Source: Phoronis australis (Eukaryota > Animalia > Phoronida). From it: a DNA stretch of 59,512 nt. The notes below the pieces were generated by a model. That model was not told the DNA's origin. It ran no database searches and was given only the letters and a program-made list of their open reading frames with translations. Positions within the stretch are counted from its first letter, which is position 1; each line of letters opens with the position of its first letter. This document shows, piece after piece, positions 24,688 through 38,324 of this stretch. The stretch lies in the NCBI GenBank assembly GCA_002633005.1, contig NMRA01000073.1, forward strand, positions 1,066,213-1,125,724, read 5' to 3'. A program made the translations under genes and the position numbers.

Positions 24688-27175
24688 GTAAACTGGAAAG
24701 TTAGTGCAGCCCTCCATGTTGACTGCTTTTGTAGATGGACACAAAAGTGTAGGAAGGTGATGCTGTGGTCATCAAAGTAATTATAATAACAGTGGTCCCT
24801 GCTAATAATTTTGACAAGACCAAAGTTGACCGGCAAGCTAACGGACACTGTTAATTTTGATCCTTTCTTTCTAAATGACTTCATAATGATGTTTTATAAG
24901 TTAATGACATAGTTCATTGAAATAAATATTTCAGTCCTATGATAGGCCTAATGACTTTTTCACTTAGTAGTTATGTTAAATAGTTTTGAATTTTTTAAGG
25001 CACTGTCCAAAACATGGCATTCTTGGAGGCTTTAGTAATTTTGAAAATTGCTTGTAAGCCAGATCCACTAAGTTTGGCTCAAATTACATCGACTCGTATG
25101 ATTTTACAAGTCGCAATTATCGAGCCCAGTTCACAATTCTTGACCCAGCTGTCGTTTTGTCAAACCTTGCTGTTCAAGGTTTTATTTTATTAAGAAATAT
25201 TCTTAAAGTGGTCATGCAATATCTGGGGTTGCTATCGAATATGTACAAAGTCCTTGAACCTCTCTTATCATATCTGTTGCAAAGTGAATCAAAAACCAGA
25301 TTATATGAGCAGGATTCAAATTCAGACTGAGGTTGACCCCAATTGTCCATCTTTAATCTTGACCTCCCGTGTTGGTGTTTAAGTTCCTGCTTGATTATAA
25401 AGGTTTATGCATACCTGTACTGTGCGGGTATGAAGGTAGCACATAGTACCTTCTTGTTGAATAGTAGAGCCAGGATGTTTTATACTGTTGATAATGGATT
25501 CTTCAAATGCTCAGTTGGATTTTGATGCTGTGGCAGATATCGGTGCAGCAGAGGTGTGCAGAGGTGATGCAGGTTCTATTCTTGTCTTCAGAGTATCAAT
25601 ATGATCATTATATTTCTTTGGAAACTACATAATACTGAAAGCTAATTGCTCTCGTATTTCTGTAATATAATGACTTCAATAATTCTTCTTGTTTACCCAC
25701 AGTTGTTTTCGGCAATTTGCCAATAACTGTTTTGTTTTAACTGGCATTGTTATTACTGTGTTCAAAACTGTTTCCTCAACTGAAATCAACAAACATATTA
25801 AACATCAGTTTAGATTCTAATGCCATCTTCTGGATCCGCCTATTGACAGGAATTTAAGTGGCATATTCATAGACGTAATATAAATAGCTTTTCTATATTC
25901 AGAATTAATACCCTGCTAAGAATTTTTTCCTCTTGTGCTAAATGTAGATTGTGATAAACTAACTTGGTCTTGTGGGCCAGCTGACAGTTTGAGTTGGTTA
26001 TTTGAACAGTTCGGCAATGTCTATGTAATGCTCTGGTGTTACTGAGCTCTTGACTTCTTAACACCGCTGACTCGTAAGTATACTTTCGGTAAATTTTGGT
26101 CATAGTATCATGGAGAATAAAATTCCACTTTGAGAAATATCTCACCAAATTTATTTATCCCAAGTTGAAGGTTTTCTTTTTTGTTTTCATTGTTTGCAGT
26201 ATACAAATGTCTCTGCAGAGGACAATTGCTACAGGTCAAAATGATCAGTTAAGTTTGAATTGAAGTCATAGGCTTGTTGTTTTAAAATTTTAAAACTCAC
26301 AGCTCAGAAAGCGTGACAAAGCGGTAGTCATGCTTTCAGGGTTCCAAATAAGTTGCAGTAGATGTTGAGAAAGAGAAATGGAAAAGTTTTGCATATTCAA
26401 ATTGTTTTTGAAGAGATATTGTTGGAGACATAACTGTTATAGAACTAAAAGACAAAGGGAGCCAGGGACGTCAATTTGTATGGTGCGAAAATTATTCCCC
26501 CCCTTATGTACGCAATTGCACAAGTGCTGCAGATTTGTGTTCTGGTATATTGTGAAATACAAATCCTAAGGATTAACGTATGTTTGGATAAACTGAAGGT
26601 TAGCATGGCTGATCATGTGTCTGAGTTGTAATAGCATGCAGATTGGCCAAAATAATTTAATGGGTAAAGGTAAAGAAACATTAGTGACCTCGGTCATCTA
26701 AAGTGACCCACTAGTCCACTGTACCTCATGCTTTGCCTGCTGTGAGAACCTATCTGCCTAATGAAGCAAGATAACACTTAGTCTAAGTAAACCAAAACAT
26801 AATATGACTTGGCTAATGTTCTCCCGAATTCATGGGATACTAGACATTTCACAGGGACATTTCAAGCTGATAGCAATGGATATCTGACTGAAATAAAGGA
26901 TATTTTTTGTTACAATTTCTGTCCAACTTTGTGGTTGTATGTTTATTTGTGAAGATGCCTATTGTAGTATATAAGAAGGTCACTTACTTAAGAGACCAGG
27001 TGGAAACGTCTGAAAACAACCTACCACGTCTCTTAATAAGTGACCATCTACAATGCCTCAAGAGACCAATGACGAACCTATTCTCCAGAAAGATGCATAT
27101 TGCTTTGGAGAAGCAAATGGCAATGGACAAACTTCTGAAAACATAGTTGCAAAATATTTTATTTTAATTTTTCAG

Positions 27176-27328
27176 TGAGCAACCATGGCGACGAGCAGCG
27201 TAAGGCTGTGATAAAGGAAAAAGTGCATCTTATTGGAAGACTTCGTAAAAGTTCACACGACCGCACTCGTATTGGATCGCCAAAAATCCGGGAATCGTTT
27301 ACGGCGGAAGATATCGACTTATTTAACA
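27176..27328 (+). CDS. FGD: Probable FGD N-terminal coding exon (phase 1-1)
   Basis: Strong acceptor attttaatttttcag, 153-nt open frame SNHGDEQRKAVIKEKVHLIGRLRKSSHDRTRIGSPKIRESFTAEDIDLFN, donor A|GTAAGA. CpG-richer than its flanks. Confidence 0.6.
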
Positions 27329-30300
27329 GTAAGATAATTGTTACTTTTTTGTGCAAATCTCATATTGTGTGGTTTGTTGTGACAGTATTGGAACGTGGAC
27401 ATATTTAGGCTAATATGCTCCTTGAAGTCACAGTTCAACTAAAGGTATTAAAGCAAAACTATGTAGGGACTTTACTGACAAGTTTGCGTATTGACTCACT
27501 GCAAATATCTACAAAGCTATACTCAGTAAATGTATATGCTCTCTGAAAATAGAAAGCCTGTAGAATTTGATTTTTGATTTTTTTGTCAATCTATCATCAA
27601 TTAAGTCAAGTGACCATGACTTTTTAGTAAAATTTAGAAAAATAGAAACAAGAGCTTTTAAATGGAAACAATGATAAGGACCACATGATCAAATTATATT
27701 TGATATAAATGAGATCTCAGAAGTTAATGTTACAAGTTTTGAAAATACTTTGTTTTCGTGGTATGCATGACTTAATTGTTTTAAAAATCCCATTTTTGAT
27801 AATCTTTTATGCAAAAGTAGGACATTTTAAAAACAATCCCAAATGTTTTTTGCAGAACAGAGCATAAATTAACATAGTATCTCATTCTGGAAATTTCATC
27901 CGAATGCGATCTTCCATTCTTAGATGTGATGTTCTGGAGTTAACCAAATTTCGTCATTTCTTTAAGTTAAACTTCCTGCATAACCTTGGGTGCACTTGAG
28001 TAAGGAACATGAATTTACCAAAATAACTTTAGAATGAAACTTGACTTATCTGTAACCAAATGTTGGTGTCGGCGACTATATTCAAGAATTAAACCGGAAC
28101 TGTTTTAATGAAGAGTACAAATATTGGACACAGTCAGTAAAATGTCACCAATTTCAGACAAAAACAATTGTCAAAAGCGGTCTTTTTTCTTTTTTCAAAG
28201 GTTTCTAACATCGTTCTGAATGCGCACATTTGTTTCATAAACATTGCGTGTGGTAAAAAGACTCCTATAAAGAAGTGCTACATATCATTTATGAACATAC
28301 GGTTTCACTTGTCAGTCCTATTGTGTCCTCAACTGGTGAGATTTTACGGTACACCATAGATCTTTTCTGTGACTTCAAGTGAAGAATTAAAAGGTTCATG
28401 TGTAACATAGATAAAACGTCATTCATTTGACAAAACACGTTATTTAAGATCTAGTCCATGATAGGCCTTGATGCACATATAACAACTGTGAGCCTTCCTT
28501 AAGTTAAAATGGGAAGGCAAAGGATATACAAATGTCTTGTGATACTTATTTTGGTTTAGTGTTTAAAGTCTTCATTAATGATCTATCAGTAAGTGCTGTC
28601 CTATGTATAGAGTAAGAGAGATAGTAAGTACTTCCTCATTCTATCATGTGAGCAAAATACCAGTAGGGTTTTATTACTAACAGATGCTGATGAGATTAAA
28701 CTACCACAGAATGCCTGTCTCTGTGCCCTCACTGGTACAGTTGTATCTGTTCCGGTTACAGCGCCATGTGGATAAATGCCTAAACTGTGATTTTCAAAAA
28801 ATTCCCTTTGGAAACACCCAATGTTTGGCTTGATGCTGGCCCTTAATATACTTCATCAAGACTTTTGGCTTCTAGTTTCACTGATGATCAAAATCTGCCT
28901 CTGTTTTGACACTTTAAGCTTAAACATAAAATCAACAGATAGCAACCCGGCGGGAAACAAAACAATATGTAGAATGGATTATTTAAAACAAAATGACAAA
29001 ACATTTAATGGTCTTTTGGGAAATTTCCTTTGTCAAGATGAACCCAAGTTACCGTTTTTTGATTATTTTGTATTATCTAAGATGTCATCAAATCCGTACT
29101 TCCGACATTTCAGACTATGTGCAAATGTCAGAGAAAACCAATTTTGCTGTAATAACAATGGCAAGTGTTAAGGAAGTAATGCTAGTCATTACCTTTCCAC
29201 TTCATTGTCTTGAATACAAAGGGTGTGCTGAATGGCAGCATTATGAATTATGTCTGATGGCAAAGGGTATCTCAGCAGTAAACAGTGTAAGCGAGAAATT
29301 CTCCACTATTGTTGAAGTTTTCAAAAATCGAGCTCAGCTCAATGGATACCCCTTGAATTTGCTATTCAAGTGCCTTGGGCATCAATCTGGACAAACATGG
29401 TACAGAGATATATTTCCTGCATCAACCAGGAAACTCATACATGTATCATATTAATGCTATCTGTGCTTTTCCCGAACTAGATACGTTCTGATTTGCCGTC
29501 CTTATGAACCACTAGCAAATTTTTCATCCCACTCACTATCACAGGATCTGTTTTTTTTTTCTTGCACGGACACATTATGCTTACTAATCTGTTTGTCCTT
29601 TCTTTCTATTTGGTAACTTTAAGCCATGTTTAAAGCTTTTAAACTAACAGTGTATGTGCTTGAGATGCAAATGCCGTTTACATTATTTTCGTCCACTAGA
29701 ATGGTAAGGGTCCATCCAAATTATGACAACATGGCTGACAGGAAGGATTTTTTCGTTTTTGTGCACCCACATGTGTATGTTGGTTACACATTGGTTCAAT
29801 CTCTGCCCAGTGTCTGGCATTGGTGGCTGTATCTCCTAATCCCCGTGATCTCTCTGTGTGTATTTCTGTGGACGTTACAACGGATTAAAACTGTCAGATG
29901 GATCCCACTACTGTTGTGCCTAGTGGTACACTTTTTTGCCTCTGTACCTGAGGTGGAGATTTTCATGAAATTTGGCATATAGGTGTTTATTGGGAAGATG
30001 ACACCACCTTCCCATTTTCGTGCGGTTTTGAAATTAGTAAGATCTTACAATAAAGTAATATTTCAAACCAAAAGACCTGCTTTTCTCTGCACTATCTTTT
30101 ATATTTTCGTAATTGTTTTTAGCCTTCTTACAAATTATAAACATATATTAATTTATCTAAATGGGATGGCCAGGGCCAATAAAAGCTACGTAAGGCTGGC
30201 AAGGCAGGGGATCTTCAATAGTTTTGCATGTGCTGTGAACATTTCATGTCCTTTTAGACATGGTCGAAAAAATGCACTCGAACATTGATGATGGTTTTTC

Positions 30301-31734
30301 AAATCACAGGTGAAGAGTCCAGTTCATGATTGCTATAGTGTAGTTAGTGACTTTGAAGTCAATGGTCTGATATAACCTGCTCGTCTTTTGAGAACCAGTT
30401 TGATGCCCGTCATTCAGTGGAGAAAACAGGTTCTCAAAATTCGGGCACATTATATACGTAAGACCATTACCGACTTAGAATGAAACAGTTATAAACTACA
30501 TTTTTCAACTGTATTTAGCTGTAGAAATGAGCACCCTGCAGATATGGCTTGCAATTGAGAAACATCCTGTCTTAGAGGGTGCTCGACTCCGAGACCCTTA
30601 TTGATTCATGTTACAGAATCAGGACTTGACCAACCGTACAGGAGAAATATTGCGGGCCTGGAGTTCCCATGAGATATTAGGTAACTTTAGGAAAAAATAG
30701 AGAATCACCTATAAAGATCTTTTGGCTAAATCTATGTCTGCAAAACCACATATGGCAAACTCTCACCACTTTTGGACAAAAATAATCGCCACATTTTCCC
30801 AACATTTTAGTTGTGAAGATTTCTAATTGTTTAAATATTAACTCATGGGAGCTATGTTACAGATCTTAAAAATGGTAAAGCTTTGATTTGGTGGTTCTTT
30901 TATGAAAACACAAGAAAAAAATATCTTGTCCTCCATATCAGTCCTAAATTAGCAGTGAGGAATTTACCACATTCAGTGGTGGATTTACATTTGAGGGCTC
31001 CTTAGACTAGAAAGAGTTGTGCAATGGAGATTCTCCATTAATGGGAAGGTGCACCAAGCTCATCATAAAAAAACCCCGGCGGTGTTTTTACCCCCTTCCC
31101 TCCCTCCTGACATAATTTGCTCCAGCCCCTTCGCAGCATGATGTGATAATTCGACCACCATATTGAGTGGCCCTGTTTCAGCAAGGTGGCCCCCACTGGG
31201 GAGACCCAAGATGAATAATGGTAAAGTTTATCTGAATACAACAACTGGCCCATCCTCTAGTGTAAATCTTACTAATTTAAGACGTAATATGGTCGACAAG
31301 TGAAATTTCTTTTTTATGATTTTGACATGAAAGAATTGTAGCACAAAATTATTGCACTACCTTCACCATGTTCACGTTAAGTGCCACATATACCAACAGA
31401 TAATACTTTGAAAAAAGAATATGGACAATCACCTTAATGTTAGAACCCCTTCAATGTCAATTATTAATCTGAATCCCCCCGCCCCGCTCCACCCTACTCT
31501 GACCCCCCCCNTCCATCAAGCCTGCCACTGCATCTATCTAAATTTGTCATCCACCTGTCTACAGGAATGAAATCATTGTTATCACTCCAAATCTTGTCTT
31601 GTCAATATGTAATTGTTCTCAAATGTCACAATATAACCCCTTTACTGACCTAACACTAACCAATGGCTTACATAGCTTATCAGTTGTGAACGCTGCATGG
31701 CTGAATTCCCTGCCTACTGTTTATTTCCATATAG

Positions 31735-31905
31735 CTGTCAATGATGGCTTCCCACTTCCTCTGATAGACACAGGACAAAGTGGAAGTAACGATGACGTTT
31801 TCAAAGACGTCAAAGAAAAGCCATCACCAGTTACCGCAGAGACAAGGACACGGACAAGATCTCTCCCTGAAATCAGCCATCTTAAAGTCAATAAAACTGT
31901 AAAAG
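31735..31905 (+). CDS. FGD: FGD N-terminal low-complexity exon (phase 1-1)
   Basis: ttatttccatatag acceptor, VNDGFPLPLIDTGQSGSNDDVFKDVKEKPSP...RTRSLPEISHLKVNKTVK, donor AAG|GTTTGT. Confidence 0.7.
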
Positions 31906-32784
31906 GTTTGTGAGAATTAGTGCACTTGCCCGTATCATGAAGATATTTGAGTTATCCACTCCTTGGAGTTTTCTACGATACAGTGGGTTCATATCTTAAA
32001 AGGCAACTGGACTATTCAGTGGTATCTTGTTGTTGGACAATGGTTCTCATCATCAACCACGGAAAACCAGGTGTCACCATCAGCCCTTGATATCACAAAA
32101 GAAAGTTTATCTAAGTTCCATATTGGGTTGTGCGATATCTTCTTATCAATAAAATACTGGTTGAAATAAATTGAAATGTCAAGGACGGAGACTATAGTAA
32201 TTTTTTAACTTGTTGGGCTTCTGAAATTATAAATTCTTCATGAAAAGGTTGTGTAGAATCCTTCTTCTGCTGCAGAAATATGATAAAAATTGACCAAAAG
32301 TTGTTGACAGCAGTCTTGAATCGATGCATGATTAATTTGTTCATTCAGTGTGGTAGATAATTAACTTTTGTGTCGGGACCTCAGACATTAAACTGAGCCT
32401 GGTGATTAACAAAAGAAAAATTGATATCAGGCTTAAAAAAACGAGTATTGTCTGAAATGCGGACTAAACGAGAGTTAGTTACAGTGTGAGTGTCAAAAAG
32501 GCTACATCATTGTAGTATTCACTGGTAGAAAACACTTGGTAATTGTGTTTAGATGGAGACAACCTGCCAACGGTTAGTTTTTGTTTCTTCACCACCCAAA
32601 CTCCTTTTAAGCTAAAATCGATACCAAAATGCATCCACTCTCTGCAATAAGTTGATAAATTTGATGATAAACGAAGGCCTAACTTGTAGTTCTCCCATTA
32701 GCTGATGTTGCAAATTTCAAAAAGTTTCGGCCCGTGCTTGAATGCCAGCAAAGGTTAAATATGTTTGATCTTTTTCAATTTCAG

Positions 32785-33874
32785 GGGCATTCAAGCCAAC
32801 ATTTTTCCAAAAGCTTCTCCCAAAAGCATGGAAACCGGGTTCCAAGGCCAAGCAGAAAAATGGAGGCTGGCAACAGAAAATAACTGATCCTACTGGAGCT
32901 GCAACTGAAAATAACAGACATAGTGAGATTAATGAGGACCAGGCAAGTGGCCACTCGAAATCAGTAGGGACCCCGCGTCCCTGCCTGGATAGAAATTCCT
33001 GTGGTGGCCTTGCGAATTCCAATGTTGTTACCAAGTCAGTGAGTGCTGACAAGGGGGACAACTTTGAGGTGAAAAATGACACAGGAGTTGACAGTTATGT
33101 AACAGATCAATCTGACTTGCCACAAAGTTCTGCAGAGGGAGATAATTCCTGGCTGCAGCATGATTCCAGGGGAGATAATAGAAACTCAAGCTCTACCATC
33201 AGGAAAAGCAGTGCCCCATCCAGCGTGACTAACAAAATGGAGTTTAATTGTGATAAACCCAGTAGGCGAAAAAGCAGTAGTGGTAGTAGTAACGGTAAAG
33301 CAAAAAGAAGATCATCGTCTGCAAGGAGAAGTAAGTCTGGGAATGATATGTTGTTTTCCAATGACCATGTTTATGATAATCGCTGCTTCAAACGCTCGCA
33401 TCACTACGAAAGCATAGACAAAGATGATGAACATCGAGAAAGCACTTCATCGCATGGGACAGAGTATGAAAATGTTGAATTTGGTAATAGATCTAGAAGC
33501 AATCTTGTGAACAGTTGCTTGACGCAGAGTGTCATTGAATTTGAGTGGGACAGTGACAGTTTCAGTGATTTTAGTGATCAGAGCGATGGGGAAGATTCCT
33601 CGGAGTCACGCTCATCGAAAACAGATAGCAGGATATCCCAGGCCACATCGAAATGCCATAGAGTAGCGCTGGAGATTCTGTCAACGGAACAGGCTTATGT
33701 GGACAAGTTAAGGTTGCTGGACCAGGACTTTCGTTTTAAAATTGACCTTGAGAACCGTGCTAACCCCATGTTTGATCACAACGTTGTCGCGCAGATGTTC
33801 TCCAATATTAATAGTCTCTATCATCTGCATACAGAACATCTGCTGCCCCCTCTGGAGGAGCGTTTACTAAAGTG
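32785..33874 (+). CDS. FGD: FGD exon: Ser-rich N-terminal region plus start of DH (RhoGEF) domain
   Basis: tttcag acceptor in frame with ORF 33039. Contains VALEILSTEQAYVDKLRLLDQDF...MFSNINSLYHLH...LLPPLEERL.KW. Donor TG|GTGAGT. Confidence 0.92.
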
Positions 33875-34547
33875 GTGAGTGTACCTGGTGGGTGGAAATT
33901 ATTGCTTCCTTTTTTGAAACTGGAAAGGTCGTTCTATGAAGATGTGCTTTGTATCAATTAATTAATATCAACTCGGTGTCATCTGATATGGCTAATTTGA
34001 AAATAGTTTTTCCATTTTCAGACATATGAATTGAAAAGCTCATCTCATAACTTTTACTAAATACAGCAATCACTGTGTCATAGACGCGCTGCCGGCTTTC
34101 CCATTTGCAACGCAACTCCACTCTTTTGCATAGTTTCAATCAGTGAGAAAGCTTAATTCCTGGAGTTAAACAGGCATTGCAACTCCTCTCAAAATAGGTG
34201 GATTAAACTGCAGAGTTGCGCAACTCCCTGCAATGGGAATGGTAAACTCCACTCCGATGGGAGTAATCACTAGAGGCCGCAACGTGCAACGCGTATTCAA
34301 TCGAGAGTGCAAATGAACTATGAGATCTGGTATTTAATCCTGAGAACTAAAGCAAACTCCAGAGAGGAGTTAGTGAGAAAGGTGAAGGCAGGAGTAGCGA
34401 TAGACCAGTGGATCGCTAGTGGGAAATCAGCTTAAGTGACATATCACCATGTTGATCACAAACATGAAAACCCACAACTACAATTTGATGCCTAGTTTGT
34501 GATGCATCATGCAAATAGTATGTATACCATGTCAAATGTACTTTTAG

Positions 34548-34704
34548 GTCAGAGAATGAGTGCATCGGGGACATCATGTTGACTATTGGACCATTCCTCA
34601 AAATGTACACTGAGTACATTAAGAACTTCGACCAGTCCATGTATCTCATTGACTTATACCTTGAAAAGTCACGCAGATTTGCTGCATTGCTTGATGACAT
34701 ACAG
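34548..34704 (+). CDS. FGD: FGD DH-domain exon
   Basis: IGDIMLTIGPFLKMYTEYIKNFDQSM...DDIQ, with ttttag and CAG|GTATCA boundaries. Confidence 0.95.
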
Positions 34705-35462
34705 GTATCACTTAATGTTACATGTAATTAGTATGCCAGCCTGTTGGGAAACATTCTAATAGCAACGTGGCACTTGATAAAAGATATTGGACACTAGTGG
34801 CCTCTAAGGGACGAGGAGGCAATGTTCCTTTAAAAACACATCACTTCAGTTGTAATCACATAGGGTGTAAAATGTTCTTTTTACAAAGTCAAAAATATTC
34901 CCCTATTTCACCCACTGTTATGAAAAACTGCCTGCTGGTACAGCCAGGTGGTGCTCAGTCAGCTCCATTGCTCCCTGAAAGTCTCCAATTTGAGAGTTAT
35001 TCTATAGGCAATGTTGGTAGAGATATGTTGCCAGCGTGGGCAGCCATTTTATTTTCTCAAGTATTGCCTTGACAGGAGGTGCTATTGTTCACATGCTCTC
35101 ACAATGTGCTTGTCAATAATGTTTTCAGCTATTGTGTTGGAACCTAAGAGAGACAGGGTGGTTTACTGCAGACTCAGTTTTAGAATGGACTGGATTCATA
35201 ATAGTCTATGTTGTCAGGTTTTCATTTCCCTTTTAAAAAGGAATACTTAAAAGTATAAACATTGTTGAGATTGATTTGAGATTGCCTCAGTTACCAATTT
35301 GTTTTGCGGCTGTGATTTGAATTTTGCCTTCTCGTATGCTCCTCACTCATGTCCCATTTAAGGAGAATGCTCTGTGCTTTCTAAATTCTTAGTCTGTTTT
35401 GCTTAGAATAGTATGTTTTAGGCAAATTGAAGAATGTTAAGTATACTTAGTTGATGCGAACT

Positions 35463-35693
35463 ATTTGTCCCGTCAGCACGCCATCTTTTTGGTCACATCA
35501 CGTGACCTAATGAAAATAAATCTGAAAAGATTTCTGCCCTCGACAGGGACTCGAACCCTTCTGCTCACCGTGCAGACGCTCCAGCCATTGAGCCATCTGG
35601 GTTCGAGTCCCGGTCGGGGGCAGAAATCTTTTCAGACTTATGTTCATTAGGTCACGTGATGTGACCAACAGATGGCATGCTGACGGGACAAAT
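35463..35693. mobile_element. Palindromic element with ~95-bp arms and a tRNA-like core
   Basis: 35463-35558 and 35599-35693 are inverted copies. The loop plus inner arm on the minus strand carries box A TGGCTCAATGG and box B GGTTCGAGTCC. Confidence 0.85.
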
Positions 35694-36190
35694 TTTTTTG
35701 CAACAAATTTCCACGCCTTACTGAAAAGATATATTTCTACATACTTAGTTGAATTATATAACAATTGTTCTTTGACTGACTGTCCCTGGTTAAAACTCTG
35801 AAGTTTGCATTGTTCAATTTTGATGACTCATCCAGCGTCTGCTTTTGCCAATACATGCTGGAAATGGTGCAGATTAAAAAATTGCTGCTGAAAATCTGTC
35901 AAACTCTATTTTGGCCTTGACTCTAATGTCTGCAGCCTCACTCATTCGTAAGCATACAGTTACATATTTCTCATTGTATTTGCCTGAGTTGTACCTTGTT
36001 AATCCATGATTTAAAATAAACTATAAACTATGATCCTTCAACACTCCTAAATGCACTTTTTGCACCTATTAGTCTTCTCACTGAAGTAATTTTTATTGTT
36101 GTCTTGGTCTATTTTTCATCTCTCTCTACCGCGGCGGCACCAGTCTGCTCTGAGAACGTTGTATTAACAAAGAATCATTCCATGTTTCAG

Positions 36191-36934
36191 AAAAGTTCAG
36201 ACTGTGGGATGTTAACACTACAACACCACATGCTGGAGCCGATCCAGCGAGTGCCACGATACGAACTGTTGATGAAGGATTACTTAAAACATCTGCCTGA
36301 GGACTCGCCAGACAAGGCGGTCTCTGAGCGTGCGCTTGATCTTATCACCAAGGCAGCAACCCATGCCAATGAAGCCATGAGGAAAATTGAAAAATTCCGC
36401 AAACTTCTAGAGATCAACGAACAGCTCGGGAATGACATAAATATTATCACTCCGACGAGAGAATTGATAAAGGAGGGAGCGGTTAAAAAAGTATCAGCAA
36501 AGAATGGCGATCTGTTTGACCGGTATTTATTTTTGTTTAATGATATGTTGCTGGTGTGTACCATACAGGGGAAGAAAAGTTACAAGATGAGGGCACGGCT
36601 AGATGTCGATGGCATGGTCGCTAGAAATGGGGACGATGAAGATGTACCGAATACATTCCACGTTCAGACAAAGAATAAAGTATTTCAGTTTGTGACAGAT
36701 TCACTTGAAGAGAGTGGACTGTGGCAAGTGGCAATATGGCGGTGTGTGTCCGAGTTGCTGCGTCGGCACGAATCTTTCTCGGTTCAGCAGACAAACTCGG
36801 AGTTCCTGCCCGAGGATGATCTGGGAAAGCGAATGCCGGCATTCCTAAAGGACTCGTCCATGACAGTTTGCATGCTGTGCAATAAAACATTCACGCCACT
36901 GCGGCGAAAGCACAACTGCAGAGCCTGTGGAATT
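36191..36934 (+). CDS. FGD: FGD exon: DH C-terminus, PH1, first half of FYVE
   Basis: LTLQHHMLEPIQRVPRYELLMKDYLKHLP (DH), RELIKEG...DRYLFLFNDMLL (PH), CMLCNKTFTPLRRKHNCRACG (FYVE). 744 nt, phase 0-0. Confidence 0.96.
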
Positions 36935-37514
36935 GTAAGTTGTTTGAGGCATGGGGATCATCTTTGTAGTCGATAACTTCAGTCAAATTCAGTAAAGTCT
37001 CGCCACTGATTGAATATTGACTAAAAAGAAAGTCAAATTACAAGGTTATTTGTGGGCATTTTTATAGCTATAATGTTTTATGCTGGTGACCTTGGCCTTG
37101 CTTGGCTCATGACTTCCATAGACAGGGTATTAAATAAAGATAGACGAATTGTAGATGCCTTAACAAGGGATCCGAGCACAATTTTTTAAGGCAAATGTTT
37201 GTGCAAACCCTGAGAAGGAACTCCCAAAGTGAAATCTTTGTAGGGATTTAAGTCAAAACGGCGCCTTTTTATGTAATTTTGTCAGGAAACTGATTGGGAA
37301 AAAGTCACCTATCTGAGCAGTGTGCCCTGTATACCAGTCATATTCTATGGTGGTGCCCTTTTAGAGGTTTGGCAGTAATATTTATTTGTTTGACATTAGA
37401 ATGGGAGCAGTTTTGTTACATTCCTTCAAGTTGGTAACTTATACTGAACAACAGCTAAAATACATCTGGATTGTGAAACTGTGTGAAATACATTCTGTCA
37501 TTTTGTTTCATTAG

Positions 37515-37688
37515 ATTGTGTGTGGTAACTGTTCCAACCAAAAGATGGAACTGAAGTATGATGACTATAGGCCGAACAGAGTGTGCAAGAAATGTTTCAA
37601 GATCCTGCGAGAGCGTCAAGAGAGCGCGAGTCACAGTGAAGATGACCTTGATGCACTTAAGGAAGTCGGGAAGAAAGGTGTTCTGCAT
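37515..37688 (+). CDS. FGD: FGD exon: second half of FYVE
   Basis: IVCGNCSNQKMELKYDDYRPNRVCKKCF...KKGVLH, with ttag and GTGAGA boundaries. Confidence 0.94.
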
Positions 37689-38073
37689 GTGAGACACTAA
37701 TTTGCATTACTTTTAATTACCAGCTTTGCGACACTTAAGCCTGTTCTGCACTCTTGGCTTTGGAAACTGTCAATTGCATTATATACCTGTACTAATTTGC
37801 TGTGTGATTATCACAGCATCAGCTGAAACTGTAATTGTCCCTTTTTTAAAAATGACTTGCGGTAATGAAAGTGGTCTCAATTTATTATTTATAGAAATAA
37901 AAGGTGAGTTGTGGCGACAACTGCCAGTCTGGGTCGCATGCACTAAACATGGTCTTGAGTAATTAGCAAGTGTCAGTGTTATTTCCAAGCCCAGACACCA
38001 CGTCTGATGGAGGGATATGTTGAGACCACTTTTATAGGGGGTCAAATCAGATTTGGTTTCTTTCACAACAATA

Positions 38074-38324
38074 CAGGTCTGTAGTGCATGCGCGCACCCA
38101 GCCTTTAATATGGGTGGGCTTGAATTTCTGACGAAGTGGACCTTCTCTTGACAAAAAAGCGGGAGGACTAAAAAAAATGGAGTACCACCTTCAGGACTGT
38201 GAAATGTGCGTCTGCGCCTTTTTAGTGAACTTTTGTCTTGTTTTCTCGGACTTTTTTGTGTCTCTGAGGCGGACCTTTTTGTCCAGTTCGCCAAATGCCC
38301 TGGGTGCGCGCATGTAGTGACATG
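38074..38324. mobile_element. ~250-bp MITE-like element
   Basis: Perfect 15-bp inverted repeat CATGCGCGCACCCAG (38087-38101) / CTGGGTGCGCGCATG (38300-38314), with degenerate CA.GTC outer ends. Confidence 0.6.

Noticed and set aside
24202-24884. 180-aa and 127-aa repetitive ORFs
   Set aside because: They are read-through of a 22-bp minisatellite.
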